From Anaeramoeba ignava BMAN (taxonomy: Eukaryota > Protista > Anaeramoebae): a stretch of DNA of 64,000 nucleotides. The notes beneath the pieces were generated by a model. The model did not search any database, was not told the origin of the DNA, and was given only the letters and a program-made list of their open reading frames with translations. Every line of letters begins with the position of its first letter. Positions within the stretch are counted from its first letter, which is position 1. Below are positions 24,740 through 38,630 of the stretch, piece by piece. The stretch covers positions 310,001 to 374,000 of the forward strand of contig JAPDFW010000069.1 in NCBI GenBank assembly GCA_028826165.1. The letters run 5' to 3'. The translations under genes and the position numbers were made by a program.

Positions 24740-26515
24740 ATGAATGAAATTTTATTTTTTGGTATAAATGAAAAACCAAAACTTTTCAAAAATGAACCAA
24801 AAATAATAACAAAACCAATTCAATTTAAATTTGAAAATGAAAATGAAAAACAAATTAAACAAATTTTAACAAGTCAATTTTCAACAATTTTCCTTTTTAA
24901 AAATGGAAAAGCAATAGAATATTTAAATGATGAAAATTCAAATCAAAATCCACAAGAAATTCAAATTGAAGAAAATATTCGAAAAGTAACTGTTGGTGAT
25001 AGAAATGAAGCTATTTTAACAAAAGAAGGAAATGTATTTGCCAAAGCAAAAGGTATTAATCCAGATAATCCAAATGAATTTATCAATATTTCATCATTAA
25101 TTAAAGATACAAATGATAGAATAATTGAAGATATTGTTTCTGGAAGAAATTCAATTTATTTATTAACTTCAAATCAAAATGCTTATGGAATTGATTCAAA
25201 TCATTTTTGTCAACTTGGTTTTGATTATAAAAAACTTGAAAAAACAGAAAAATCAATTTTAATGATGAAAAATGTTTCTAAAATATTTTCAGGAAATTCT
25301 TCAGCTCATGTTTTTCTTTTAAATTCAAATCAAGAATTATTTGGATGTGGCAATAATTATCATAGACAAGTTGGATTAGGAGAATCAAGAAAAGAAAAAA
25401 AAATCCAAGAACTAACAAAAATCCAAAATATTCCAAAAGGTAAAATAATTGATATTCAATGTGGATTTGCTTATTCAGTAATGTTGATTGAAAATGAAAA
25501 TGAAAATGAAAATCTAAAAAGAAAACTTTATTCATGTGGTTATTATGGATTAAATGGACTTGGCAAAGATAAAAATACTTATGAATTTACTGAAATCAAA
25601 TCATCTTTATTTGAAAATGATGATATTATTGATTTTTCTGTTGGAAATGCTCATACTTTGATTTTAACATCCAATTCAAAATTTATTGTATTTGGATATA
25701 ATAAATATGGTCAATTAGGAGCTGAAGATCGAAATAATCAACCAATTCCAATTCAAATTGAACTTCCTAAATTAAGATTTAATGAAAATATTTTCAATTA
25801 TCATATTTCTTGTGGATTTAACAAATCATTTATTTATTATTCTCCTCTTTCTTTTTCCAATCTTGAAGAAGATTTGATAAAATTATTTAGAAGAAAAGAA
25901 TTTTGTGATATTTCATTTAAAACCAAAAATGGAGAAATAATCAAAGCTCATAAATTAATATTGAAATATAGATTAAATCAAAATCAAAATGAAATTGAAA
26001 AACTTCAAGAAATTATTTCAAATAAATCAATTAAAGAATCAAATCAAATATTTGAAATGATTTATTCAAATAATTCCAAAATAAATCCAAAATTATATTC
26101 TGAAATTAAAGAAATTATAAATTCAAATGAAAGAATTGAAGAAACAATGAAAAGAATTTATTTAAATGAAAATGAAAATGAAAATGAAAAAGATTTTATT
26201 ATTGAAAGAAAAGAAAAACAATATAAATTTCCAAAATTAATATTAATAATGAGAAGTGAATTATATCGAGGAATGTTTTTATCTGTAACAGATGATACTT
26301 CAAATAAAGTTACAGATTATAGTGAATTAAGTAATAAATCATTTCAAATATTAGAATATTGGATTTATTCAAATCAAATTAAAGATGGAATTCAAATTAC
26401 ACAAGAAATAATTGAAGAAATTCAAATTGGAATTGATTATTTTCAATTAAATCAAACAAATCCAAATTTATTTGATTTATTAATTAATAAATTTAATAAT
26501 CAAAATCAAAATTAA
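24740..26515 (+). CDS. RCC1-repeat beta-propeller plus tandem BTB protein, copy 1 (intact)
   Basis: RCC1 repeats (GCGNNYHRQVG, FSVGNAHTLILT..FGYNKYGQLG). BTB motifs EFCDISF..IKAHKLIL and LIMRSELYRGMF..LEYWIYS. Confidence 0.88.
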   Translation: MNEILFFGINEKPKLFKNEPKIITKPIQFKFENENEKQIKQILTSQFSTIFLFKNGKAIEYLNDENSNQNPQEIQIEENIRKVTVGDRNEAILTKEGNVFAKAKGINPDNPNEFINISSLIKDTNDRIIEDIVSGRNSIYLLTSNQNAYGIDSNHFCQLGFDYKKLEKTEKSILMMKNVSKIFSGNSSAHVFLLNSNQELFGCGNNYHRQVGLGESRKEKKIQELTKIQNIPKGKIIDIQCGFAYSVMLIENENENENLKRKLYSCGYYGLNGLGKDKNTYEFTEIKSSLFENDDIIDFSVGNAHTLILTSNSKFIVFGYNKYGQLGAEDRNNQPIPIQIELPKLRFNENIFNYHISCGFNKSFIYYSPLSFSNLEEDLIKLFRRKEFCDISFKTKNGEIIKAHKLILKYRLNQNQNEIEKLQEIISNKSIKESNQIFEMIYSNNSKINPKLYSEIKEIINSNERIEETMKRIYLNENENENEKDFIIERKEKQYKFPKLILIMRSELYRGMFLSVTDDTSNKVTDYSELSNKSFQILEYWIYSNQIKDGIQITQEIIEEIQIGIDYFQLNQTNPNLFDLLINKFNNQNQN

Positions 26516-26824
26516 AATAAAAATTAAAATTAAAATCAAAATCAAAATAAAAATTAAAATTAAAATTAAAATCAAAATTAAAATTTAAAATTAAAATTAA
26601 AATTAAAATCAAAATTAAAATTAAAATTAAAATTAAATTAAAATTAAAATTAAAATTAAAATTAAAATTAAAATTAAAATTAAAATTAAAAATTAAAATT
26701 AAAATTAAAATTAAAATTAAAATTAAAATTAAAATTAAAATTAAAATTAAAATTAAAATTAAAATTAAAATTAAAATTAAAATAAAAATTCAAAAATCAA
26801 TTTTTCATTTTTTTCTTTTCAAAA

Positions 26825-28480
26825 ATGAATGATTGTTTATTTTTTGGTTGGAATAAATATCCAATTCTTATTAAAAATAAACCAAATAAAATAACAAAAC
26901 CAATTCAATTTAAATTTGAAAATGAAAATGAAAATGAAAATGAAAAACAAATTAAACAAATTTCATCAGGAAGATTTTCAACAATTTTCCTTTTTGAAAA
27001 TGGAAAAGCAATAGAATATTTAAGAAATTCAAATCAAAATCCTGAAAAATCCAAATTGAAGAAAATATTCAAAAAGTAACTGTTGGTGTTCAAAATGAAG
27101 CTATTTTAACAAAAGAAGGAAATGTATTTGCCAAAAGGATATGATGTTAATCCAAAAAATACAAATGAATTTATCAATATTTCATCATTAATTGAAGATA
27201 AAAATGATAGAATAATTGAAGATATTGTTTCTGCAGATGATTCAGTTTACTTATTAACTTCAAATCAAAATGCTTATGGAATTGGTTCAAATCAATATTG
27301 TAAATTTGATTCTGAAACACTTAAAAAAACACAAAAACCAATTTTAATGATGAAAAATGTTTCTAAAATATTTTCAGGAAATGCTTCAAAATATGTTTTT
27401 GTTTTAAATTCAAATCAAGAATTATTTGGGTGCGGATATAATTATTATGGTCAACTTGGATTAGGAGAATCAAGAAAAACAACAAAAATCCAAAAATTAA
27501 CCAAAATCCAAAATATTCCAAAAGGTAAAATAATTGATATTCAATCTGGAGGTGATCATTCAATAATGCTGATTGAAAATGAAAATGAAAATCTAAAAAG
27601 AAAACTTTATTCATGTGGTTTTATAAATATAAATGGACTTGACAAAGATAAAAATACTTATGAATTTACTGAAATAAAATCATCTTTATTTGAAAATGAT
27701 AATATTCTTGAATTTTCTGTTGGAAATAACCATACTTTGATTTTAACATCCAAAGGGAAATTTATAGTATTTGGAGGTAATTCTTGGGCACAATTAGGAA
27801 CTGGAGATACAAATGAGCAATCAATTCCAATTCAAATTGAACTTCCTAAATTAAGATTTAATGAAAATATTTTCAATTATCATATTTCTTGTGGATTTAA
27901 CAAATCATTTATTTATTATTCTCCTCCTTCTTTTTCCAATCTTGAAGAAGATTTGATAAAACTATTTAGAAGAAAAGAATTTTGTGATATTTCATTTAAA
28001 ACCAAAAATGGAGAAATAATCAAAGCTCATAAATTAATATTGAAATATAGATTAAATCAAAATCAAAATGAATTTGAAAAACTTCAAGAAATTATTTCAA
28101 AAAAATCAATTAAAGAATCAAATCAAATATTTGAAATGATTTATTCAAACAATTCCAAAATAAATCCAAAATTATATTCTGAAATTAAAGAAATTATAAA
28201 TTTCAAATGAAAGAATTGAAGAAACAATGAAAAGAATTTATTTAAATGAAAATGAAAATGAAAATGAAAAAGATTTTATTATTGAAAGAAAAGAAAAACA
28301 ATATAAATTTCCAAAATTAATATTAATAATGAGAAGTGAATTATATCGAGGAATGTTTTTATCTGTAACAGATGATAAATCAAATAATAAAGTTAGAGAT
28401 TATAGTAAATTTCAAATATTTGAATAATAAATCATTTCAAATATTTGAATATTGGATTTATTCAAATCAAATCAAAAGAT
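26825..28480 (+). pseudogene. RCC1-BTB copy 2, frameshifted (pseudogene or consensus errors)
   Basis: Collinear with copy 1 but split into ORFs 26825, 27122 and 28227. The 3' end decays into AAAATT repeats. Confidence 0.65.
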
Positions 28481-28701
28481 GAAATTAAAATTATTCAAAA
28501 CAATTAAAATAATTAATTAAAATTCAAATTGAATTGATTATTTTAAAATTTAAATCAAAAATTTAAAATTAAAATTTATTTGATTTTAAAATTAAAATTA
28601 AAATTAAAATTTAATAATCAAAATTAAAATTAAAATAAAAATTAAAATTAAATTTAAAATTAAAATTAAAATCAATTTTTTTCATTTTTTTCTTTTCAAA
28701 A

Positions 28702-30470
28702 ATGAATGATTGTTTATTTTTTGGTTTAAATAAAAAACCAAAACTTTTCAAAAATGAACCAGATAAAATAACAAAACCAATTCAATTTAAATTTGAAAAT
28801 GAAAATGAAAATGAAAATGAAAATGAAAAACAAATTAAACAAATTTCATCAAGTTTATTTGCAACAATTTTCCTTTTTGAAAATGGAAAAGCAATAGAAT
28901 ATTTAAATGAAGAATATTCAAAACAAAAACCTGAAAAAATCCAAATTGAAGAAAATATTCAAAAAGTAACTGTTGGCTATTGTGATGAAGCTATTTTAAC
29001 AATAGAAGGAAATGTATTTGCCAAAGGAAATATTAATCCAAAAAATCCAAATGAATTTATCAATATTTCATCATTAATTGAAGATAAAAATGATAGAATA
29101 ATTGAAGATATTGTTTCTGGAAGTTATTCAATTTATTTATTAACTTCAAATCAAAATGTTTATGGAATTGGTTCAAATCTGGAGAGTCAACTTGGTTTTG
29201 ATTATAAAAATTTACAAAAACAAAAAAACCAATTTTAATGATGAAAAATGTTTCTAAAATATTTTCAGGAAATGCTTCAAATCATGTTTTTCTTTTAAAT
29301 TCAAATCAAGAATTGTTTGTATGCGGATATAATCAATATGGTCAACTTGGATTAGGAGAATCAAGAAAAACAACAAAAATCCAAAAATTAACCAAAATCC
29401 AAAATATTCCAAAAGGTAAAATAATTGATATTCAATCTGGAGGTGATCATTCAATAATGCTGATTGAAAATGAAAACCAAAATCCAAAAAGAAAACTTTA
29501 TTCATGTGGACCTTATGGATTAAATGGACTTGACAAAGATAAAGATACTTATGAATTTACTGAAATAAAATCATCTTTATTTGAAAATGATAATATTCTT
29601 GAAATTTCTGTTGGAAATAATCATACTTTGATTTTAACATCCAAAGGGAAACTAATAGTATTTGGGAATAACGATTCTGGTCAATTAGGAAATGGAAATA
29701 TAAATGATCAATCAATTCCAATTCAAATTGAACTTCCTAAATTAAGATTTAATGAAGATATTTTCAATTATCATATTTCTTGTGGAAATCAAAAATCATT
29801 TATTTATTATTCTCCTTCTTTTTCCAATCTTGAAGAAGATTTGATAAAATTATTTAAAAGAAAAGAATTTTGTAATATTTCATTTAAAACCAAAAATGGA
29901 GAAATAATCAAAGCTCATAAATTAATATTGAAATATAGATTAAATCAAAATCAAAATCAAATTGAAAAACTTAAAGAAATTATTTCAAATAAATCAATTA
30001 AAGAATCAAATCAAATATTTGAAATGATTTATTCAAACAATTCCAAAATAAATCCAAAATTATATTCTGAAATTAAAGAAATTATAAATTCAAATGAAAA
30101 AATTGAAGAAAAAATGAAAAGAATTTATTTAAATGAAAATGAAAATGAAAATGAAAAAGATTTTATAATTGAAAGAAAAGAAAAACAATATAAATTTCCA
30201 AAATTAATATTAATAATGAGAAGTGAATTATATCGAGGAATGTTTTTATCTGTAACAGATGATAAATCTAATAAAGTTAGAGATTATAGTGAATTAAGTA
30301 ATAAATCATTTCAAATATTTGAATATTGGATTTATTCAAATCAAATTAAAAATGAAATTAAAATTACACAAGAAATAATTAATGAAATTAAAATTGGAAT
30401 TGATTATTTTCAATTAAATCAAACAAATCCAAATTTATTTGATTTATTAATTAACAAATTTAAAAATTAA
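28702..30470 (+). CDS. RCC1-BTB copy 3, one frameshift in an A-rich run near 29210-29230
   Basis: ORFs 28702..29238 and 29238..30470 together align end to end with copy 1. Confidence 0.8.
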
Positions 30471-30522
30471 AATCAAAATTAAAATCAAAATTAAAATTTA
30501 AAATTTAAAATTTAAAAATTTT

Positions 30523-33500
30523 TTATTTTCGAAGTTGAATATTAGAAAATTCATTTTTTAAAAATTGATTAGATTCTCGTTGATTCCCATTTAAAGAAGT
30601 TACTCTTCTTAATGGTTGGTTAAAAAAAAATCCATTTGTTACTTGAATTTCTCTTTGTGTTTGCATCAATCTTTGAATATTTTGATTTTGATTTTGATTT
30701 TGATTTATATTTTGATTTATATTTTGATTTATATTTTGATTGTAAATTGGAATTGGAATTTGATTTTCATTTTGAATTGGCAAAGGATTAAATATTAAAT
30801 TAAAATCTGATAATTTTTCAATTTTAATGGTTTGATTTGAAGAATTTATAAGCTCAAGATTATTTGAACCATTTGAATGAGCATCCATGAGAGAAATAAC
30901 TTGTTTCCATTCATTGCAATTAGAAAATGTTGATTTCTTACCGAATATAAACATTCCAACTCTTGCTCTGCTTGTCAAAACTGTTATTCGATGATTATCT
31001 CTTAAATGAGGAGAAGGTCCAAATCTTTGAGTTGAAACAAGACTGACCAATACAAAATTACTCTGCAATCCTTGAAATTCATCTGTTGTACAAATTTGTC
31101 TTGGAATCATGTTTTCATGATTTTTGAAGTCTTCTTGGAACATGTTTGAAATGAGTTGTCTTTGCTTTCGATATGGAGTTAATATTGCGATTGATTTTCT
31201 GGAAATGCGATTTTTTAATAAGAATTTTGTAAATAATATGATCCATTTTACTTCCTCAATATTTTCTTCATTGTTTGATTCCGAATTCTGGACATCAACA
31301 AACTGAACACGATATTTCAAGAACGGGAGCGGTTCTTGGAAAAGTGGGCTTTGAGTGATATTCGGCAAGTCTCCTAAAACTTCGTCTTTTTGGTAATTTT
31401 GATTTGGATCGTCTGTCTTTGTTTTGTATCTCCATCGATAGATATCCGCAATTTCTGGGATTGCTCTTCCTTGTTTATTAAGGATAATTCTTGGAATTTT
31501 CAATTTTTGAAGACGATAAAACAATGAATGATGATATTCCTTGCGTGATTTTAATTCCTGGCTTTTTATCAATGGTGTTAATTGCTTGTGATCGCCAACA
31601 AGAATAATTCTTTGAGGATTCAATGAAATCAATGGAATACTTTCTGTTTCCAAAATTTTGCTTGCTTCTTCCATAACAAGCGCTTCAAAAGTATAAGTTG
31701 TTAAATGGCTACTGAAAAGAGCAATTCCTGAGCATGTTCCCGCAATTATTTGTGATTGAAGTAGTAATACTTCCATTTGTCTGTGTTTTTTCAAGCTCAA
31801 AACTTCGTAAATATTTTTCAAATATTGAAGATCCTCAACCAAAATATCAAATTCCCTCTTTTCATCGCTTTGAATTGTTTTGTGGATGATTTTGTTCATG
31901 AAAGTGTTGATTTTCGTCATTGATTCTTGACATGATTTTGGTGGTATTTGTAAATTATTAAAATCCAAATGCTGGATATCATTTTCAATTGGCATCATTT
32001 CATCTTGTTTTTTCTCACACAATTCCAATAGAAACGCAAACTGCGGTTGAGGCAAATGGGAGTAAAGCTCTGCAAACAACTTTCCCAATTCACCGTCATA
32101 ATTTGAATATTTATGGAAAATCATGACCAAATGCATGAACTTCCTTTCAATTTGTGATTTTGCAGAACATTTGCTTGCAACTTCAAGTTTGCTTTGAGAA
32201 CCAAGTCTCAAAATTCTAGCTTCGCGCTTTTTAAAAGCACTTGAATCATCTGGTATATCGATAAGTCTTTCAATAATATGATCCAACGCGAGATTGGAAT
32301 GAGCTGAAATGAGAATTTTTTGGTTATCTAACGGGAAATTTTTGTTCATCATTTGGATTATTGAAGCAACTACATCAGTTTTTCCTGTTCCTGGCGGTCC
32401 AGTAATCAATGTTACTCGATTCACCAGTGAACTTATTAGTGCGCTTCGTTGTAAAGAATACAGTTGAAGTTGATTTGGTTTCACATTTCCAAATTCAATT
32501 CTTAAAAATTCTTGTGAATTAAATGAAAGTTGACAAAATGTTCGAAAATTTTCATCCTTCAATCAAATCAATATGTGTTTTTTTTTTTGATAGAAATAAT
32601 ATTTAGTTTAAATTTAAATTTTCATTTTGATTTTAATTTTACAATCAAAATTTGGAATTGTTTTCCATTATTTTTTAAAAGACTTGCAAGATCTTGAACA
32701 TCAGAAATTCTTCCTTCAAAATTAATTGTATCAGGCCATTTTGAATTTGGAAGTAAATGATAAAAATCCTTTTCTCCTGAAATAAATAAAATAAAAACAA
32801 AACAAAACAAATTTTTTTTGTATCTAATGAATTAATTTATCAAACAAAAGCTTTTTCTTCCAAAAACATTGAATAAAAAATACCCAATAATATTCTTTCA
32901 ATTTCTGGTGGAAAAGGAGTTTTTTGCTTGATCATCCTTGAAATCAACTCCAAAATCCTAACATTTGCAAATAAACTTGGATGAATATTAAATGCAAAAT
33001 TAATTTTTTTTGGATCCCATTTTCCTGAATGGAAAAACTGACCATCATTTGGAAATAATTTAACTGTAACTTCATAAAAATTTTTCTGTTTTCCATTCAA
33101 TTGATTTTTTTCAGTTTTCATTTCACAACCAAGAAATTTTGTGCCAATAAAATACATCACATCTTGATTGTTTTGATTGATTGCTCCAATAAAAATAAAT
33201 GTTGGAGCCATATCTTCCATTGTATGTGAACGAAAAGATAAAGGGCGATTGACAATCAATTTAATTTTATTTCTACTTTTCAATGGAAATTCCACACTAT
33301 CCACATAAAATAAATTTTTGCCTTGATCCGATTGGAATTCGGACCAAATATTTGCTGCTGTTGATGCTTTAAATAAAACAAAATTGCGGATTAAATAATC
33401 TTTTATATTTAAAAAAAGTGAGCCCAATCTGGGTAAAAATTGAGATCCATTAAATAAATCTTCAAAATATTCATGATTTGGAAGTGGATTTTCAACACCG

Positions 33501-35214
33501 CACACCTGGAGAAGTAAGCTATATATCTTTTCTTCGTGTGTTTCTTTGATAAAAGGAAGTAGTTTTCCATCTTCTGCTCTTAGAAAGGAAAGTATATCTT
33601 TTTATTTTTGATATTTTTAATATTTTTAATATTATTGATATTTTTGATATTTTTAATATTTTTGATATTTTTAATATTTTTAATATTTTTAATATTTTTA
33701 ATATTTTTGATATTTTTAATATTTTTGATATTTTTAATATTTTTGATATTTTTAATATTTTTGATATTTTTGATATTTTTAATATTTTTGATATTTTTAA
33801 TATTTTTGATATTTTTAATATTTTTAATATTTTTAATATTTTTAATATTTTTAATATTTTTAATATTTTTAATATTTTTAATATTTTTAATATTATTGAT
33901 ATTTTTGATATTTTTAATATTTTTGATATTATTGATATTATCTTTTTTATAAAGTTAAGTAAATTACTTGTTTGAAGATGAATTAATTGTGTGTAAATTC
34001 TTTTCGAAATATTTTCAGGGAAATACCCTAAAGATTTATCCAAAATTCTCATAAATTGGAAAAACTCTGACTTGTTGTTGGAATTATTGAAAAATGCAAG
34101 TAATAACGAAATATATTTTCCAGTTGAATAATTGCTTGTTAATTGAATTAACAAAGCAAGAGAGTTTGAGAAAAACTTGAAGCTTTTTTCTTGCTGTTGG
34201 TTCTTCGATTTGGCAATTTCGGAACAAAATAAAATGTTTGATTCAATAAAGCATTTCTGGATGAAATTTGATTCCAAAATGACTTTATTTGGAATTGATT
34301 CCAAAGAAACAGCAAAATTATTTGTTAAAATTTGAGCAAGAAGTTGAGAATTTGAGCAGAAAACTTGTTCGGATAGCAAATTTTGAAGAATACATTCATC
34401 AACTAAAGGCATCAAAGAAAATAGTATATAATATTTATGGAAGTTGCTGAAGCAATATTCTAAAAAAATGGCGATATCGCTTTTTAAATCAATTCCAAAG
34501 TCATTTGGATAAGAAGAAAATAAATGAACTAAATGACCAATTAATGTCTGAATCAAAAGCTGCGTTTTGTTGTTAAAAGTGATAATTTTTTTCAAAAGAA
34601 ACCAGCATTCAAGCTCTTTTTGAATCTAAAATCACGTGATTTTTGCATTTTCATAAACGGTTTTATTGCAATCACTTAAATATTCACTTACCTTTATAAT
34701 TAAATAATATGATAATCGAGTGAATCAATGGAATCCATGGTGTTCTTTGATAAACTCCTTCAAAAATAGGAATCAAAACTATTTCAAGGAAGTTTGTTGA
34801 TTCAAGTTGTCGAATAAATTCTTCATTATATATAAATAATGTTGGTAATTCTTGTTTCTTGTTCAATTTTATATCACCTTTCAAATTTTCTCTATTTAAA
34901 AATATTTTTTCTTCATTTTCACTAAAAAAATTGTTTAAAATCATTTGTAAATCTTTGTTTTGTAATTCTAAATCAGTAATATGATGTTTATTGGCAGAAT
35001 AATATATTCTCGAATATTCTTTTCCATCCTTTTTTATTAAAGAAAAGATCAAATTTTTTTTTAATTTAAAAATATATTATTTTATTTTTTTATTTTTTTT
35101 TTTTACATCACATAAACAAGAATAAACTCCAACAATAAGAAATTTTGTAGTAATAGAATCATTTTGCAAATTTTCTGGTGAATTTATCCAAATATTTGCG
35201 AGTTCTGAAATCAT
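30523..35214 (-). CDS. AQR: Aquarius/IBP160-like spliceosomal SF1 RNA helicase, multi-exon
   Basis: LITGPPGTGKTDVV, AHSNLALD, LVMEEASKILETE, LVGDHKQL and QGRAIPEIADIYRWRY. The upstream exon LPRLGSLFLNIKDYLIRNFVLFK resembles the Aquarius N-terminal region. The ATG at 35214 is preceded by TTTTCATTTT motifs. Confidence 0.82.
33605..33940. repeat. Intronic 9-bp repeat (ATATTTTT[A/G])n
   Basis: Lies inside a minus-strand GT-AG intron (about 33967-33598) whose removal joins ORFs 34595 and 33505 in frame. Confidence 0.85.
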
Positions 35215-35326
35215 TTTTTTTTTAATTAAATGAAAAAGAAAAAAAATTTTTAAAAATGAAAAAATGAAAAAAATTTTTTCAAGATCAATTCATTTCAATT
35301 TATTTAATCTAAATTTAAATTTAATT

Positions 35327-38300
35327 TTAATCAGTTGTAATATCAAATTCTAAACTACTTTCCCAAAAACGAATTGGAATATTTGAATTATTTTTGCTTC
35401 TTTTTTTGATTTTCCACAAAATAATTGGATCCAAACCACGAATACCTTGAATATCAATCATTTGAAGATACAAACAATTCTCAGATAATTTCTTGATTCC
35501 TGAAGTTGTGATTTGAGAACAAAAAGAACAACGAAAAAACTCAATAGTTTTTCTTGCTTCACCTTCAGCAAAAAGAATTAATCCATGATCTGTTATTTGA
35601 TAACAATGGGAAATATTAATAAGTTTGATTTGCGAACTATTTTTGGAAATTAAATTCAGATCAATATCTTTTATTGAAATTCCAGCAATCCCTAAAGAAG
35701 CAATATTTGGGCATTTAGAAGAAATTAAAATCGGTGCTTTTTGATCGCAAAGAATACAATAATCAAGATTAATTGATCGTATTTTTGGATATTTTTCTTT
35801 AAAAAATAGTGATTGAATTCCATTTGAAGAAATTGGACATCTGCTCAAACAAACGCATCTCAAATTGCTTGATATTGATGATAATATTCTCAATGTGTAA
35901 TCACTAATGTAATAGCAACTATCAAATGTTATTTCTTCTAGTTTTTCAAGACTGTTTGGATAATGAAAAAATTTATAAAATCCTTGATCTGAAATGAAAG
36001 GTCCACATGATAATATTGATAATTTTATTGTTTTATTTTCTGAAAATATTTGGAATCCTTCGTCTGTTAAATTTGGACAATTTCTTATTCTTAAACTTTT
36101 TAGGTTCTCGTTTTTTTTGATTATTTTGGAAAGTCCATCATTTGTAATTTGAGAGAAATTCCCTGAAAATTTCTCAAGAAGATGGCATGTGTTTGATATA
36201 TAACTAAAATGTTCATCTGTAAATCCACAATCATTTATAATCAATGTTCTTAAATCTAATAAATTTTCAATAAGCAATCCAAAATCTTGAGGTGAAAGTT
36301 CTGGATGATTTGAGATATTTAAATATTTGATTTTGTAACAAGTTTTTCCAAAAGTTTCCAAAATTTCTGATAAATTTTTTTGTAAATTTTTTTGGAAATT
36401 ATTATTTAGATTATTATTTAAATTATTATTTAAATTATTATTTAAATTATTATGTAAATTATTATTTAAATTATTATTTAAATTATTTTGTAAATTATTT
36501 TGTAAATTATTTTTATTATTTAAATTATTATTTAAATTATTATTTAAATTATTTTGTAAATTATTTTGTAAATTATTTTGGAAATTATTTTGGAAATTAT
36601 TATTTAAATTATTTTGTAAATTATTTTGTAAATTATTTTGTAAATTATTATGTAAATTATTATTTAAATTATTTTGTAAATTATTTTGTAAATTATTATT
36701 TAAATTATTTGTAAATTATTTTGTAAATTATTTTGTAAATTATTTTGTAAATTATTTTGTAAATTATTTAAATTATTTTGTAAATTATTATGTAAATTAT
36801 TTTGTAAATTATTATTTTGTAAATTATTTAAATTATTTTGTAAATTATTATTTTGTAAATTATTTTGTAAATTATTATTTAAATTATTATTTAAATTATT
36901 TTGTAAATTATTTTGTAAATTATTTTGTAAATTATTTTGTAAATTATTATTTAAATTATTATGTAAATTATTATTTAAATTATTATTTAAATTATTATTT
37001 AAATTATTTTGTAAATTATTATTTAAATTATTTTGTAAATTATTATTTAAATTATTATGTAAATTATTATTTAAATTATTATTTAAATTATTTTGTAAAT
37101 TATTTTGTAAATTATTTTGTAAATTATTTTGTAAATTATTTTGTAAATTATTTTGTAAATTATTTTGTAAATTATTTTGATTATTTATTGATTCTTTCAT
37201 ATCCATTTCTTCTTGAATATCTATTATTTCAGAAAATTCTGATGTTTCTTCAATAGATAATATTTCAATATTTGGGCAATTTAAAAGATCAAAAAAGATT
37301 TGTGCTGTAATTTGTTCACAATTACCAATCCACAATTCTTTTAATCTATAATTACAATAATGAGCAATATATTTAACAGATAAATCTGTAATATCTTCAC
37401 AACCAGAAATATTTAAAGAATATAAATAATGACAATTTGAAACAATTAGTTCAATATGATTATCTCTTAAAAAGACACAATTATCTAAATTTAATATTCT
37501 TAATTCAGTTAATTTTGAAATTGATTTAAAACCCCAATCTCCAATTTGTTCATAAAGTTTTGATAAATTTAATATTTGTAAATTTTTCCCTTTCTTTTTC
37601 AAAAGATTAAATATTGAAAAATCATTTAAATTTCTACATTTTGAAAGACTCAACTCTGTCAAATTTAGATCTCCAAATTTTGTGACTAAATCAAAAATAG
37701 TATTTCTTTGAATTTTAAAATTTCCTTTTGTACTTTCAAAGTTTTCAAAAATTGTAGATGATTCATCATTGATTTCTTCATCTGAAAAATCTAATTTCTT
37801 CCATAAATATGAATGAGAAAATAATATCTTATACAATCTTTTGCAAGTAGAAGCAATAAAAATCTTATTTTTTAATGGTAAATATTGAGCAATTAATAAG
37901 ACAATTTTTTTATTACAAATTATTGAATAATTTTTTGATTTTGATTTTGATTTTGATTTTGATTTTGATTTTGATTTTGAATTTGAATTGGATTTTGATT
38001 TTGATTTTGATTTTGAATTGAATTTTGAATTTGATTTTAATTTTGAATTTGAATTTGAATTTGAATTTGATTTTGAATTTGAATTTGATTTTAATTTTGA
38101 TTTTGATTTTGATTTTGAATTTGAATTTGATTTTGATTTTGATTTTGATTTTGAATTGAATTTTGAATTGAATTTTGAATTTGAATTTTGAATTTGAATT
38201 TGAATTTGAATTTGAATTTGATTTTGATTTTGAATTTGATTTTGATTTTGAATTTGATTTTGAATTTGATTTTAATTTTGAATTGGATTTTGATTTTGAA

Positions 38301-38509
38301 TTTAAATTTGAATTTGATTTTGAATTTGATTTTGAATTTGAATTTAAATTTGAATTTAAATTTGAATTTGATTTTGATTTTGATTTTGATTTTGATTTTG
38401 AATTTGATTTTGATTTTGATTTTGAATTTGATTTTGAATTTGAATTTGATTTTGAATTTGAATTGGATTTTGTTCCAAATTGTAATTGAATTGGGTTTCC
38501 CCTTTCCAT
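35327..38509 (-). CDS. F-box/leucine-rich-repeat (FBXL-like) protein with SK/SN and LQNN low-complexity inserts
   Basis: F-box-like IVLLIAQYLPLKNKIFIASTCKRLYKIL upstream of ORF 37836. Cys-containing LRRs (LNISGCEDITD, LRIRNCPNLTD, INISHCYQITD). Frame breaks occur only inside repeats. Confidence 0.8.
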
Positions 38510-38630
38510 AATTAATAAAAGAAAAAAAAAATGAAAAAAAAAAATGAAAAAAAAATTTATTTTATTTTTTTTTCATTTTTCAATTCTTATCTAATTTTAA
38601 ATTTAATTTTAAATTTTAAATTCAAATCTA

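Noticed and set aside
30523-32562. Intein in the helicase, or a Helitron/viral helicase
   Set aside because: No Hint-domain motifs (N-terminal Cys, HN-C/S/T) were seen, and the motifs match cellular Aquarius.
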